Shown: positions 29,477 to 44,237, counted from the stretch's first letter. The stretch: 64,000 nucleotides of DNA from Eledone cirrhosa (GCA_964016885.1 CAXHJY010001325.1:6373-70372); one strand, 5' to 3'. Notes: generated by a model from the letters alone, not told the origin. A program made the numbers and translations.

Positions 29477-29667
29477 ATATATAAATATATGTATATATAA
29501 GTGGATACATATATGTCTAAACCCATGCTAGCGTGGAAGATAGACGTTAAACGATGATGATGATGATGATATACATATATATGTATAATATAGAAGTAAA
29601 TACATATACATATATATGTATACATATAAGTTACACAATAATCAGAGCTATGTTCAAATCATTTTAT

Positions 29668-29714
29668 TGCTGACAATCGTTTCTTCCAAACTATGGTTTG
29701 GAATCATCTGAGCA
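29668..29714 (-). ncRNA. Type I hammerhead, A4 variant (HH-F)
   Basis: TGCT-CAGATGA-TTCCAAAC-CATA-GTTTGGAA-GAAA-CGATTG-TC-AGCA. Confidence 0.7.
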
Positions 29715-30386
29715 CTAGCAATGTTTGTACATATAATTAACCTCCTATTCAACATAGATACATGAATATTAATGTTGCCAACAACAGTTTCGTATTTACA
29801 GAGTGGAATGGATGCGACATAGATTTCAAGAGAATTGTACAATAATTAAAATTAAAAATTAAAAGTTAAAAGGCACAGAGTGGAATGCATGCGACAGAGA
29901 TTAGTATAACAATTAAAGACACTAAGGTAGAAAGTTACTCGTGAAACGAGGACACTAGCAGTGCATATGCAAGCATATAGAGAGTGCAAGCAAAACGCAT
30001 ATACAGGAAGGAAACAAGCAATGGTACTAGGCATATATAATTTCTGCGAGGCAAAGGTATCACATAAAACAACATATGTTTACAAGCAGGCAAAGCTGTT
30101 TTTGTATTAAAATTATTTTAATACAAAATTGAATAATTTTAATACGATTTATTTTATCTATAGATATCTACGTGCTCTGATGTGTTCACCATAGATGTAT
30201 ATATATATATACATATATATAGATATATATTTACATATATATAGATATATATATACATATATATAGATAGATATATATATACATATATATAGATATATAT
30301 ATACACATATATATATATACATATATATACATACATATATATATACATACATATATACATATATATATATATACATATATATACAT

Positions 30387-30433
<47 letters not shown>

Positions 30434-31387
30434 CATATATATACATATACATACATATATATAGATATATATATATACATATATATATATACATATATAT
30501 ACATATACATACATATATATAGATATATATATATACATATATATAGATATATATATATACATATATATACATATACATATATACACATATATATATACAT
30601 ATATATAGATATATACATATATATACATATACATATATACATATATATACATATATATAGATATATATATATACATATATATACATATATATAGATATAT
30701 ATATATACATATATATACATATACAGATATACACATATATATATACATATATATAGATATATACATATACATATATATACATATACATATATATATACAT
30801 ATATATATACATATATATAGATATATATATATACATATATATACATATACATATATACACATATATATATACATATATATACATATATATATACATACAT
30901 ATATATACATATATATATACATATATATACATATATATATACATATATATATACATATATATACATATATATATACATATATACATATATATATACATAT
31001 ATATATATACATATACATATATATATATACATATACATATATATACATATATATATACATACATATATATATACATATATATATATACACATATATATAT
31101 ATACACACATATATATATATACATATAAATATATATACATATATATACATATATATATATACATATATATACATATATATATATACATATATATACATAT
31201 ATATATATACATATATATACATATATATATATATACATATATATACATATATATATATATACATATATATACATATATATATATACACATATATACATAT
31301 ATATATATACATATATATACATATATATATATACATATATATACATATATACATATACATATATACATATACATATATACATATACA

Positions 31388-31499
<112 letters not shown>

Positions 31500-31500
31500 C

Positions 31501-31615
<115 letters not shown>

Positions 31616-31737
31616 CATATATATATACATATATATATATACATATATATATATAATTATTAAAATAACAGATTAAAGTTTAAGCAATTTTATTATTATT
31701 ACTATACATATATATATATATATATACATATATATAC

Positions 31738-31774
<37 letters not shown>

Positions 31775-31902
31775 CATATATATACATATATATATACATA
31801 TATATATATACATATATATATACATATATATAGATATATATATATACATATATATATAGATATATATATACATATATATATATACATATATATATATATA
31901 CA

Positions 31903-32410
31903 CATAATATAAGATCAAAAGATGGTTAAAGGAGTTCCATGTATTTTATTATGCGCATTTCAAAAACAAACATCATCATGCAATAATATTTGTGTTTTCA
32001 TCAGATAAAACAGGAGAACATGATATGAAGGCTAAAAAACACTTGTGGATAGTGCAGTTTTAAATCAACATATCTGCAGTTTTAAATCACATAAACTGCA
32101 CTATCCACAAGTGTTTTTTAGCCTTCATATCATGTTTTAAATCAACATATCTGCAGTTTTAAATTACATAAACTGCACTATCCACAAGTGTTTTTTAGCC
32201 TTCATATCATGTTCTCCTGTTTTATCTGATGAAAACACAAATATTATTGCATGATGATGTTTGTTTTTGAAATGCGCATAATAAAATACATGGAACTCCT
32301 TTAACCATCTTTTGATCTTATATTATGTATACTCCAGTCCTACAAACTGTAGAGTGCTTCTTATCCGATATCTGCATTGCTTTATTGTACTACAATAAAA
32401 CTCACCTCCT
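31903..32410. mobile_element. HH-B fold-back insertion with hammerheads at 31944-32010 (-) and 32220-32286 (+)
   Basis: Inverted arms around a rearranged centre; right arm runs to the family terminus. Confidence 0.85.
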
Positions 32411-32672
32411 ATATATATATACACATATATATATATATACATATATATAGATATATATATATATACATATATATATAGATATATATATATATATACATAT
32501 ATATACATATATATATATACATATATATATATACATATATATACATATATATATATACATATATATACATATATATATATACATATATATACATATATAT
32601 ATATATACATATATAAACAGATATATATATACATATATAAACAGATATATATATACATATATATACATATAT

Positions 32673-33609
32673 ATTGTTATACTTTGGGAGGGTCATGTTG
32701 CCAATAAGAAACACATGCACCAGTTGCTTTCACTTCAATTTATTATATATTTATAAATTTATAAATTTACAAATCTACAAACTTATAAATTTCTGGTTGG
32801 TTGGTTCCACAACCAGATAGTTGTTTATATATAGTCATAGTCCTTTCGTCACACACTCTGTGACCTCTTCAGTGACTGGGGATTCCTTTCTTTGTTTCTG
32901 TGCCTTTCCTTTCTTCTATCCTACGCCATTTTGTTTCTGTGTGTGTTTGTGTTCATTTATCTATTTGTTTATTTATTTATTTATTTATTTATTTATTGTT
33001 GGTTGGTTGTTTGTTCTATGTGTGTGTTTTCATTTTGTCCTGTGTGTGTTTTCATTTTGTCCTTAATTGTAAGTTGTTTGTTCTATGTGTGTGTGTGTTT
33101 TCATTTTGTCCTGCGTGTGTTTTCATTTTGTCCTTAATTGTAAGTTGTGATGTTGCTGTTCCACTCATATTTTCTATTTAATTTTGGTTGTAATTCTTTT
33201 ATGCTTACTGCCTCTGTAATTTGCCTAAACATTGCATCTTTTCTGTGTGTGGATTCTATTTTTATTTCTATGTTCTCTAATCTACCCCTGTGTTCTATCT
33301 TAGCATGTTGGTAGAGCACAGATGATTCTTTATTATCTTGAAGGTCTCGCCAGTGTTCATTTATTCGTTCCCCTATACTACGAGCTGTCTCACCTATGTA
33401 CACTATATTTTTGTTTCTACATTGTCCTTCAGTACATCTTATGCTATACACTACATTTCTAGTTTTACAGTTAATATGGGGGCTTATTTTACAGGTTATA
33501 CATTTCTTATCTATACATGAGGGTCTTTGGAACGGGTATGTCTTGCTAATAAGACCAGGTACCTCCGTAAAAACACTTCTTAGCAAGACATACCCGTTCC
33601 AAAGACCCT
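32673..33609 (-). mobile_element. PLE-1 copy (GIY-YIG ORF 33134-33552, hammerhead 32833-32877) with a short 5' inversion at 33551-33609
   Basis: Near-identical to 26485-27432. Confidence 0.88.
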
Positions 33610-33660
33610 GTATATATATATATGTATATATATGTATATATATATATATGTATATATATG

Positions 33661-33744
<84 letters not shown>

Positions 33745-33751
33745 CATATAT

Positions 33752-34845
33752 AAAATACGTAGTTAAGAAAGCCACAACAATGCAGAGGGAAATCTCGAGG
33801 TAGGAAGTGAATAATAGATAGGAGAAACAGGAGAAAGTGAAAATTGAGAGAGACAAAGATGAAAACAAAACAAAGGTAGAAGGGTTACCGTAGTGGAGAT
33901 TTAATCCCAATATTTCGGGCTCACGCCCATCAACGGGGGAAAGTTCCAAAAGGGGGGGGAACAGGCCAAGCGGAGAAAGTTGTGATGTCGTTAAGACAGG
34001 AATGCCGTTATGGGGAGAAAATTATTTAAAATTTAAACGAGGGAAAGAATGCGCGTGATAGGCTGTGGCAAAAGCTACTGACCAAATGGGTTAAATCAAG
34101 AGGGTGCGCTAGCGTGTGAAAGCCGTAAAATATGTGTGTGAAAATATATATGTGTGTGTAACTGTGTGTGTATAAGTGTAAGTGTGTATATGTGTGAGTG
34201 TGTGTGTGTGTGAAAGATAGTGGGCTGTAGAAGCTGGAAATCAAAGGGTGTGAAAGGTGGTAGGTTGTAAAACATGTGCGTGTATAAATATAGATGTGTG
34301 TGTGTGTAAGCGTATGGGTATACATGTGTGTGTAACTGTGTGTGTATATGTGTGAGTGCGTGTGTGTGTGAAAGATAGTGGGCTGTAGAAGCTGGAAATC
34401 AAAGGGTGTGAAAGGTGGTAGGTTGTAAAAACATGTGTGCGTGTATAAATATAGATGTGTGTGTGTATGCGTATGGGTATGCATATACGTGCGTGTGTGT
34501 GAAGATAGCAGGCCGTAGGCTGTGAATGGTCACTATGGTTAAGTTAGCCATGTCAGCTCATTTCTCTCAGCCCGGTTGTTAAGTGGGGGTCTGAGGTTCT
34601 TAATAACAAGTGCTTCCTTTATCCTTAAGGATCCGATGCTGCGTTCAGTCGCTAGGACTGTGACCAAGGGTCTACCCTGTGGGTTTCCGCATTTAAGGAT
34701 GTGTTTACGGAAGGAAGATGCGTTGGTGTTGATATTTCCTTGATACGAACATGTAGAGGTCGGATGGTGCTACCTATGTAAAACTTGTTACATTTATCGC
34801 ATTGAATCTTATATACGACATAGGTGCGTAGGCAATGCTTCAAGC
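33752..34845 (-). mobile_element. PLE-2 3' part: GIY-YIG (34540-34843) and 3' UTR with a degenerate hammerhead (33905-33940)
   Basis: VVYKIQCDKCNKFYIGSTIRPLHVRIKE...EALVIKNLRPPLN; TCCC-CCGTTGA-T-GGGC-GTGA-GCCC-GAAA-TA-TT-GGGA. Confidence 0.8.
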
Positions 34846-36797
34846 AAACTTTAACACCCTCTTATCATTACACCTGAGCCAGGACTTGTTTGCACCCATA
34901 AGGGACCTATTCAGACTATCGGAGAATCGTGCCAAACTCGGTTGCCAAATTACCTTCTTAAAACGCTGCCTAAAGAACAACATCATTCCAACCACCATCA
35001 GGAATATACATCTACCCGAATGTTTACGATCACCATCCTTCGAAAACACCATCCGCCACATTCAACGCACGTTTATCAAGAAAATACTACGACACAACCA
35101 CCACCAACTGCGACTCCATATACAAACGCTTTCCGAGCACATAGATCGTATAGCTCCAACCCTCACCCCTGACCACCAGGTCCAGGAAATACGCAAAGCT
35201 ATCGATCAGTGTTACCACACCAGAGTCAAATATGATAAACAGCGCCTTATACGGAAATACGAATGGACTGTAAACAAATACTACAATGACAACATCCGCT
35301 CCCACAGACGGACCGACTACAACCACACCAGGGGCAACAGCTATACAACACCCTCCGCTACACCCCCCAACATCGATCTACCTACCAACGATGCTTCACA
35401 CCTCGTTACCGACCTAACCGGTACCCTCACCAACGACGAACTCGAACTTCTGCGCCTCGGACCCAAGTTCATCATTACACAGCGTCTCGATGATAGACTG
35501 AAACTCGACATCGAAACCAACTTCTGTCGGACAGCATATCAACTGAAATGGCTGACCGCCATCCAAAACAACACCGAGATCGATTACAACCCCACAACCC
35601 ACCCCACACTCCCCACATATCACCTCGACAACCCACTCCACCCCCCACCCACCAACCACGAACTTGACACTAAACTACTCAGGTTGAAACATTCTATCTC
35701 TAACATCCTTTCCCAACACACACACACACAATAAACGCAACCTCACCAATGCACAATTTAATACTCTCACCAACCTAAGATCCAGGAACCTTGTGTACCT
35801 TCCCTCTGACAAGGGGAAAGAATTCTGTGTCATCTCGAGAGAGACCTACAACAACTTAATGACCACAGCCTCTACTCGAAAGTCACAGGGACCTCCTCGA
35901 CTCTAATCGAGGAAGGCATTAACACCATATGGACTAACATCTGTGTCCAACGAAAACTGCCAAAGAAGGTAAAAAACAACATAATGACTCGAAACAGCAA
36001 ACTACCCACCTTCTCCCACCTGATTAAAACACATAAACAAGGACCCGATTTGAAAATCAGGCCCATTGTCTCTAGCGTGGAGGGCCCACTCTACAAAATA
36101 TCGTGGCTGCTCTCCACACTACTGAAACCCATTCTACACACACTACCAGCCCACGTCTGCAGCTCAAAGGAAGTCTTGGAGCGACTACACCATCTGGCGC
36201 CCAACACCAGAAAGGACAACGGTTATGCCTTCAGTCTTGATGTGGTCGCCCTTTATACCTCCGTACCAGCATCCCCAGCTGTCGACCTGTTGACCGAACG
36301 AGTCCGAGCATCTAACTTACACTGCTTCGGACTCACACACACGGACATCCACCAACTCCTCTCCTTCGTTGTGGATAATGCACTCTTCAATTTCCTCGGC
36401 CACACGTACAAACAAATCTCTGGGCTACCTATGGGCTCTAGTCTGTCCGGCATACTTGCGATCTCGTACATGGACCACCTGGAACGCAAGGCACTCAATA
36501 CCTGCCAACCCAACGCCGTCGCCTTCTACTCCAGATACGTTGATGACATCCTGATACTTACTTCTTCCCAGGAGATGGCGAATGAAATTCACCAAATCTT
36601 CAACGATACTGACCATCACGTCGATTTCACCATCGAACACCCAGGAGAAGACGGGTCACTTGCCCTCCTCGACTTCCGTATCAACATCTCGGAAGAAGGA
36701 GACATAAACACCACCTTCTACCGCAAAGCAGCGTGCAAGGACTTATTTGTGCATTACAACTCAGCCCTCCCCAACAACGCTAAGAGAGGCTATGTCC
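34835..36797 (+). pseudogene. PLE reverse transcriptase (N-terminus plus RT), frameshifted
   Basis: LGPKF, PSDKG, LIKTHK..IRPIVS, SLDVVALYTSVP, GLPMGSSLS, RYVDD; frameshift in the CA run near 35720. Confidence 0.9.
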
Positions 36798-37384
36798 TAA
36801 AGAACACCAGACTACGATCTCTAACTGGATTGTCAAACGCTCAATATCGGATTGTCGTGGATTATGTGAGGGGCATATAATCGAAAAATACACTCCCCTG
36901 ACCATGAAAATGCCGAAGTACATGAAATACTTGACATCCCTTCGCTGTGCATCTCAAATACTTTTAACACTTTTAATGCTTGCACTATTTTTAATGCTTA
37001 TAACATTTCTCCACACACAGACTATATCAATCATATAAAGAATTTGCCACCAGATCTACCAACCTAACACTCTTGTTTACCTACCTAAGTGCCTTTACTA
37101 CACATATCTCTCTGCCACACTATATAAACAAGACGCACATGCGTGCCACACATATAACATTTGCACTATATAACCGCTTATCTTCATGTTGTATTTTAAC
37201 CTGTATTTTTGATTTTTGATTGTACCTCTTAATATAAATGTAATCTCGAAGTGTGTACTGCCACTCTAAATTCTGTAATGAATGTTGACCCACAATGTTT
37301 GAATATGTATCAATGTTTGAATATGTATCGGTATGTCTCTCGGCTGAAAAGGAGGTCATATAACTGTCCATGCATTAATAAATT

Positions 37385-37429
37385 GCTCCGAAGAATCCAA
37401 ACCTCGGTTTGGAGGAAACAGCTGTAAGC
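37385..37429 (+). ncRNA. Type I hammerhead, C4 variant (HH-F)
   Basis: GCT-CCGAAGA-A-TCCAAACC-TC-GGTTTGGA-G-GAAA-CAGCTG-TA-AGC; palindromic stem III. Confidence 0.68.
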
Positions 37430-37634
37430 CCAATAATGTTTTGAACAGTTCTTTGATTCTTATATTTCATATAACTGCTCTGTAAATCATCTGATGTTTT
37501 TACATTGAGCTACTTAACTTAGTGGTAATAAGGTAGTAATACATTACTGCCTACCACTATTTAGGGTGTGTGTAAAATAATTATAACTACATAAGGTTTT
37601 GTATTTACATAACCATAAATAGTATAACTAATAC

Positions 37635-37674
<40 letters not shown>

Positions 37675-37676
<2 letters not shown>

Positions 37677-38148
37677 CAATATTAAATAAATGGAAAACTA
37701 TATTTATAAAACCATATTTATTTCATTATATATATTTCGGGGATATCATATTAACAATATGCTATGCCTTCATCAGACAAAATACAATATAAACAGTTTT
37801 ATAGATAAATATATTCGACATACCGTAATAAACATCAACTTCATTTGAAGAGGTTTACTCTAGCAGTGACTGCTAGAGTAAACCTCTTCAAATGAAGTTG
37901 ATGTTTATTACGGTATGTCGAATATATTTATCTATAAAACTGTTTATATTGTATTTTGTCTGCTGAAGGCATAGCATATTGTTAATATGATATCCCCGAA
38001 ATATATATAATGAAATAAATATGGTTTTATAAATATAGTTTTCCATTTATTTAATATTGTAAATATACTCCAAATATTTGTCGAGTGCTTTTATATCAGT
38101 TATAAATATTTACTAGTTGTAACCCAACAATTTTAAATATAACTTTAC
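37675..38148. mobile_element. Fold-back insertion (193-bp arms, 1-nt spacer at 37868) with hammerheads HH-H at 37720-37783 (-) and 37953-38016 (+, CTGCTGA mutant)
   Basis: 37675-37867 reverse-complements 37869-38061; ATTTTGT-CTGATGA-stem II-GAAA-TATATA-TA-ATGAAAT. Confidence 0.8.
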
Positions 38149-38514
38149 ATATATATACATATACATATTATACATATATATATATATACATATACATATA
38201 CATATTATACATATATATATATATACATATACATATACATATACATATTATACATATATATATATATACATATACATATTATACATATATATATATATAC
38301 ATATACATATACATATTATACATATATATATATACATATACATATTATACACATATATATATATACATATACATATACATATTATACATATATATATATA
38401 CATATACATATTATACACATATATATATATACATATACATATTATACATATATATATATATACATATACATATACATATTATACATATATATATATACAT
38501 ATACATATTATACA

Positions 38515-38857
38515 CATCATCATCATCATCATCATCATCATTTTACGTCCACTTTTCCCTGCTTGCAAGGGTGGGACGGGAACTGATTCTGGCTTGATTT
38601 CTACAGCTGGATGCCCTTCCTAACACCAACCTCATTTACAGTGAGTGCTGGGTGCTTTTTTGCCGTGGCACCTCCACGACCACTTTGCAGTGGAATGATA
38701 GGGACCCTATCATCTCATTTCTACAGCTGAGTAAACTGGAGCAAAGTGAAATAAAGTGTCTTGCTCAAGGAAACAACACATCACCCGGTCTGAGAATTGA
38801 ACTCCCAACCTTTTGATTGCAAGGCCAATGCTCTAACCACTAAGCCATGTGCCTCCA
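38515..38857 (-). mobile_element. Full-length tRNA-headed SINE with RTE-type 3' tail
   Basis: TGGCTTAGTGG A-box, GAGTTCAATTC B-box, tail shared with the RTE 3' UTR, (GAT)n. Confidence 0.88.
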
Positions 38858-38923
38858 TATATATATATATATACATATATATACATATATATATGTATAT
38901 ATATATACATATATATATATATA

Positions 38924-38988
38924 CAGTAAGTTAAGTAGCTCAATGTAAATAATGTTTTGAACAGTTCTTTGATTCTAATATTTCATAT
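38924..38988. mobile_element. 65-bp mini-insertion of the HH-F family end, with inversion
   Basis: 38924-38949 is reverse of ~37498-37523; 38949-38988 matches 37433-37472. Confidence 0.65.
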
Positions 38989-39010
38989 ATAAATATACAT
39001 ATATATATAC

Positions 39011-39057
<47 letters not shown>

Positions 39058-39058
<1 letters not shown>

Positions 39059-41208
39059 CATCATCATCATCAACGTTTAACGTCCGTGTTCCACGCTTGC
39101 ATGGGTTTGGACGGGGGTAGTCCCACTTGAGGCAAGAGTGATTGGCTTGCTCGCATAGGACTGTCTGGCAGGTTTTCTACAGTTGGATGCCCTTCCTAAC
39201 ACCAACCACATTTACAGTGTGGGTCTGGGAGGTTTTTACCGTGTTGCCTACACGGCCACATTACAGCGTGGACTGTGTGTTTTTTTGTCGTGACACCTAC
39301 ACGATCTCATTTGTTTCGGCCTGGATGGCGCGGCACCAACATAACTTTACATAGAACGGGGTGGTGTGGATGGGGTGGTGGTGGTGGGACGGGGTGTATT
39401 TTGTTAGAGATGCCTACTGGCTGGAGTAGGTTTATTTACTATATATTTAGGTAAGGCGGGTCTTCTCTGTTACTGAGTACCGCCAAAGGTCTCGGTCCAG
39501 TGACATTGTCTTGGAGAGGTGTAAGTGTGTGATGTCGGAGTTTATCAGCTCGTCCCAGGTTTTTCTAGGTCTGCCTATTCCGTGACTACCGTCTATCTTT
39601 ATTGCCCTGCACTTTGTTATACAGCTATCGACTTTCATGCGCATCACGTGTCCATACCAACGTAGCCTTCTCTCGAGTAAACAACATCTGATCCCTCTTA
39701 TCTCTAATTTTTTCCTTAGTTCGTTTATGCTTTGCCGTTCACGTATATTACTGTTACACATCCAGCGGAGCATGCAAGCTTCGTTCCTCTCTAGTCTGGT
39801 ATATCCTCTGCACACAATGCCCAGGTCTCACTGCCATGCAGCATTGCTGTTCGTATGCAGGCATCGTACAACCTGCCTTTCATTTTTAGGGAGAACCCTT
39901 TAGCAGCTAATAGTGGTATAAGCTCTCTGAACTTTTTCCAACCAGTTCTGACTCTAGCTACAGTACTTTCAGAGCACCCTCCCCCACTGCTGATTTTATC
40001 GCCCAGTTAACGGAAGCTGTCCACTATTTCTATAGAACCCTCTGCGCAATTGAAGGAGCTAGTATTTTGCGGGCACTTGCTGCTACTTATTGCACCAGAA
40101 CACCGGCCACATGTAAAATCTATGTTCTTAGTTAGCTTACCTGTGATCCCACTACATCTTTTATGCACCCATACTTTGCATTTAGGACATAAAATGGAGT
40201 TTCTACCTACGCCTTTCCTACACACCGAGCACGACCATTTCCCAGAAGGGACCGCCGCTTTGTTTTCTTTCCTACAAACTAGAACGTTGGTCTTAGCCAG
40301 GTTAATTTTAAGTCCTTTTGACTCTAGGCCGTGCTTCCATGTTTGGAATTTCTTCTCTAGCTCGGCCATTGATTCCGCTATGAGTGTCAGGTCGTCTGCG
40401 TATAGGAGTTCCCATGGGCAGCCTGTCTTGAACTCCTCTGTTATAGCCTGAAGGGCAATAATAAATAGTAGGGGGCTGAGAACAGAGCCCTGATGGACGC
40501 CAACTTTTACGCTAAACTCTTCACTATATTCGTTGTTAATTCTAACCTTGCTGACTGTTTCTTTATACATGGCTTGTATAGCCCTCCAAAGCCATTCGTC
40601 AACGCCTAGTTTTCTAAGAGCCCACCAGATAATGGAGCGGGGGACTCTGTCGAAGGCTTTCTCCAAGTCGACAAAAGCTAAGTAGAGGGGTTTACCTTTA
40701 GCTAGGTACTTCTCCTGTAGTTGTCGTACTATGAAAAGAGCGTCTGTGGTACTTTTGCCTGACACAAACCCGAACTGCATTTCATCTAGGTCAATTCTCT
40801 CTCTGATTAGTTGCGCTATTACTTTTTCCGTGACCTTCATGACCTGGTCGATTAATTTAATGCCTCTATAGTTGCTCCTATCTAGGGCGTCTCCTTTTCC
40901 CTTATAACAGTTAACGATGATGCTGCTATGCCAGTCCTTCGGAACAACCCCATTCTGTACGACTTGGTTAACTATGCGGGTGACCATGGTGTGTCCCACC
41001 GTGCCAGATGCCTTCAGCATCTCAGCAACTATTTCCGAAGGCCCAGCCGCCTTACCCGTCTTCATATCCTTGATTGCCTTACTTATTATACTCCCCTCGA
41101 CTAACACTGCTGGTCCCTCTATTGGGTCGATATGGGGGAGACTGTCTTTCTCCCATTTATTCTCCTCATTTAGTAGCCTTTCATAGTGACACTTCCAAGC
41201 TACCTTCT
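39058..41208 (-). mobile_element. 5'-truncated RTE-a LINE with complete RT core
   Basis: ORF 40007-41208 with NYRGIKL, DLEKAFD, QGSVLSP, YADD; stop at 40007 and frameshift near 39798. Confidence 0.93.
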
Positions 41209-41217
41209 TATATATAC

Positions 41218-41254
<37 letters not shown>

Positions 41255-41310
41255 CATATATATATACATATACATATATATATATACATATATATACATA
41301 TATATACATA

Positions 41311-41356
<46 letters not shown>

Positions 41357-41398
41357 TATTTATATATGTATATATATATATATATATGTATATATATA

Positions 41399-41843
41399 CA
41401 GAGGTATCCACGGTAAGTTGTGGGGTCTATTCTGCATGAAAAACTCGATGTAATCCATATTTTGAAAATGTTGTAGGTTAAGATATATCACAGAAAACAA
41501 TAAAACATTAAAAGGAAAACAGAGTCATGATATAAGTTAAAACAATGAAATAAAAAATCAAGTCATTAGAGATATACTTCACTGCTTTACAGGCGTTTCT
41601 AGGTGATGATAATACATTGTAGCTATACTCCGTTATTGATCTATTTAAGGTTAGTTACAAAATATCAGCTGGTGTTATGCATGTAAGTAAATATTCTCTT
41701 TATCTAATATTTTGTAACTAACCTTACATAGATCAATAACGGAGTATAGCTACAATGTATTATCATCACCTAGAAACGCCTGTAAAGCAGTGAAGTATAT
41801 CTCTAATGACTTGATTTTTTTATTTCATTGTTTTAACTTATAT
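41399..41843. mobile_element. HH-A-related fold-back (arms 41530-41665 / 41707-41843, 41-bp spacer) with only the 3' half of a hammerhead
   Basis: Inverted arms; CCTAGAAACGCCTGTA motif parallels HH-A. Confidence 0.7.
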
Positions 41844-41886
41844 ATGTATATATATGTATATATATATATGTATATGTATATATATG

Positions 41887-41917
<31 letters not shown>

Positions 41918-41918
41918 G

Positions 41919-41983
<65 letters not shown>

Positions 41984-42078
41984 GTATATATATATATGTA
42001 TATATATATATGTATATATATATATGCATATATATATATATGTATATATATATATGTATATATTTATATATATATATG

Positions 42079-42167
<89 letters not shown>

Positions 42168-42181
42168 GTATATACATATAT

Positions 42182-43597
42182 ATTAAATTAATCGACCAGG
42201 TCATCAAGGTCACGGAAAAAGTAATAGTGCAACTAATCAGAGAGAGAATCGATCTAGATGAAATGCAGTTCGGGTTTGTGTCAGGCAAAAGTACCACAGA
42301 CGCTCTTTTCATTGTACGACAACTACAGGAGAAGTACCTAGCTAAAAGTAAACCCCTATACTTAGCCTTTGTCGACTTGGAGAAAGCCTTCGACAGAATC
42401 CCCCGTTCCATTATCTGGTGGGCTGTTAGAAAACTAGGTGTTGACGAATGGCTTGTGAGAGCTATACAAGCCATGTATAAAAAAACAGTGAGCAAGGTTA
42501 GAATTAACAATGAATATAGTGAAGAGTTTAGCGTAAAAGTTGGTGTCCATCAGGGCTCTGTTCTTAGCCCCCTACTATTTATTATTGCTCTTCAGGCTAT
42601 AACAGAGGAGTTCAAGACCGGCTGCCCATGGGAACTCCTATACGCAGATGACTTAACGCTCATAGCTGAATCAATGGCCGAGCTAGAGAAGAAATTCCAA
42701 ACATGGAAGCACGGCCTAGAATCAAAAGGCCTTAAAATTAACCTGGCTAAGACTAAAGTTCTAGTTTGTAGGAAAGAAAATAAGGCGCCGGTCCCTTCCG
42801 AGAAATCGCCATGCTCAGTGTGTAGGAAAGGCGTAGGTAGAAACTCCATTTTATGTCCCAAATGTAAAGTATGGGTGCATAAAAGATGTAGTGGGATCAC
42901 AGGTAAGCTAACTAAGAACACAGATTTTACATGTGGCCGGTGCTCTGGTGCAATAAGTAGCAGCAATTGCCCACAAAATACTAGCTCTTTCAACTGTGCA
43001 GAGGGTTCTATAGAAATAGTGGACAGCTTCCATTACCTGGGTGACAAAATCAGCAGTGGGGGAGGGTGCTCTGAAAGTACAGTAGCTAGAGTCAGAACTG
43101 GCTGGAAAAAGTTCAGAGAGCTTATACCACTATTAGCCGCTAAAGGGTTCTCCCTAAAAATGAAAGGCAGGTTGTATGATGCCTGCATACGAGCAGCAAT
43201 GTTGCATGGCAGTGAGACCTGGGCATTGTGTGCAGAGGATATACGCAGACTAGAGAGGAACGAAGCTTGCATGCTCCGCTGGATGTGTAATAGTAATATA
43301 CGCGAACGGCAAAGCATAAACGAACTAAGGAAAAAATTAGAAATAAGAGGGATCAGATGTTGTTTACTCGAGAGAAGGCTACGTTGGTATGGTCACGTGA
43401 TGCGCATGAAAGATGACAGCTGTATAGCAAAGTGCAGGGCAATAAAGATAGACGGTAGCCACAGAGTAGGCAGACCCAGAAAAACCTGGGACGAGCTGAT
43501 AAATTCCGACCTCACACACTTACACCTCTCCAAGACAATGTCACTGGACCGAGACCTTTGGCGGTACTCAGTAATAGAGAAGACCCGCCTTACCTGA
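42182..43597 (+). CDS. RTE LINE ORF, 5'-truncated but uninterrupted (RT plus Cys-rich finger plus C-terminus, 471 aa)
   Basis: RT motifs from the QFGF/DLEKAFD region through YADD in one open frame. Confidence 0.9.
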   Translation: MKLIDQVIKVTEKVIVQLIRERIDLDEMQFGFVSGKSTTDALFIVRQLQEKYLAKSKPLYLAFVDLEKAFDRIPRSIIWWAVRKLGVDEWLVRAIQAMYKKTVSKVRINNEYSEEFSVKVGVHQGSVLSPLLFIIALQAITEEFKTGCPWELLYADDLTLIAESMAELEKKFQTWKHGLESKGLKINLAKTKVLVCRKENKAPVPSEKSPCSVCRKGVGRNSILCPKCKVWVHKRCSGITGKLTKNTDFTCGRCSGAISSSNCPQNTSSFNCAEGSIEIVDSFHYLGDKISSGGGCSESTVARVRTGWKKFRELIPLLAAKGFSLKMKGRLYDACIRAAMLHGSETWALCAEDIRRLERNEACMLRWMCNSNIRERQSINELRKKLEIRGIRCCLLERRLRWYGHVMRMKDDSCIAKCRAIKIDGSHRVGRPRKTWDELINSDLTHLHLSKTMSLDRDLWRYSVIEKTRLT

Positions 43598-44096
43598 ATA
43601 CAAAGTAAAACCTACTACAGTCAGTAGGCATCTCTAACAAAATACACCCCCGTCCCACCATCCCCACCCCATCCACACCGCCCCTTTCAATGTAAAGTTA
43701 TGTTGGTGCCACAAAATCCAGGCCAAAACAAATGAGATCGTGTAGGTGTCACGACAAAAAAATACACAGTCCACGCTGTAATGTGAGCGTGTAGGCAACA
43801 CGGTAAAAACCTCCCAGTCCCACACTGTAAATGTGGTTGGTGTTAGGAAGGGCATCCAGCTGTAGAAAACCCGCCAGACAGTCCACGCTGTAATGTGACC
43901 ATGTAGGCAACACGGTAAAAACCTCCCAGTCCCACACTGTAAATGTGGTTGGTGTTAGGAAGAGCATCCAGCTGTCGAAAACCCGCCAGACAGTCCTATG
44001 CGAGCAAGACAATCACTCTTGCCTCAAGTGGGAAAACCCCAGTCCAAACCCATGCAAGCGTGGAACACGGACGTTAAACGATGATGATGATGATGA
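42182..44096 (+). mobile_element. RTE-a LINE copy with ~110-bp tandem duplication in the 3' UTR
   Basis: ORF plus UTR plus (GAT)n; 43768-43884 repeated at 43879-43996. Confidence 0.92.
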
Positions 44097-44142
44097 TATA
44101 TATATATATATATACATATGTATACATATATAGAAAAAAAAA

Positions 44143-44237
<95 letters not shown>

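Noticed and set aside
35700-35984. Possible selenocysteine (UGA) read-through in the PLE-2 ORF, as known for Naiad-type PLEs
   Set aside because: The break is a frameshift in a CA run ending in TAA, not an in-frame TGA
38790-38857. tRNA-like sequences (also near 17000, 58170 and 1900)
   Set aside because: SINE heads continuing into body and LINE tail, not standalone tRNA genes
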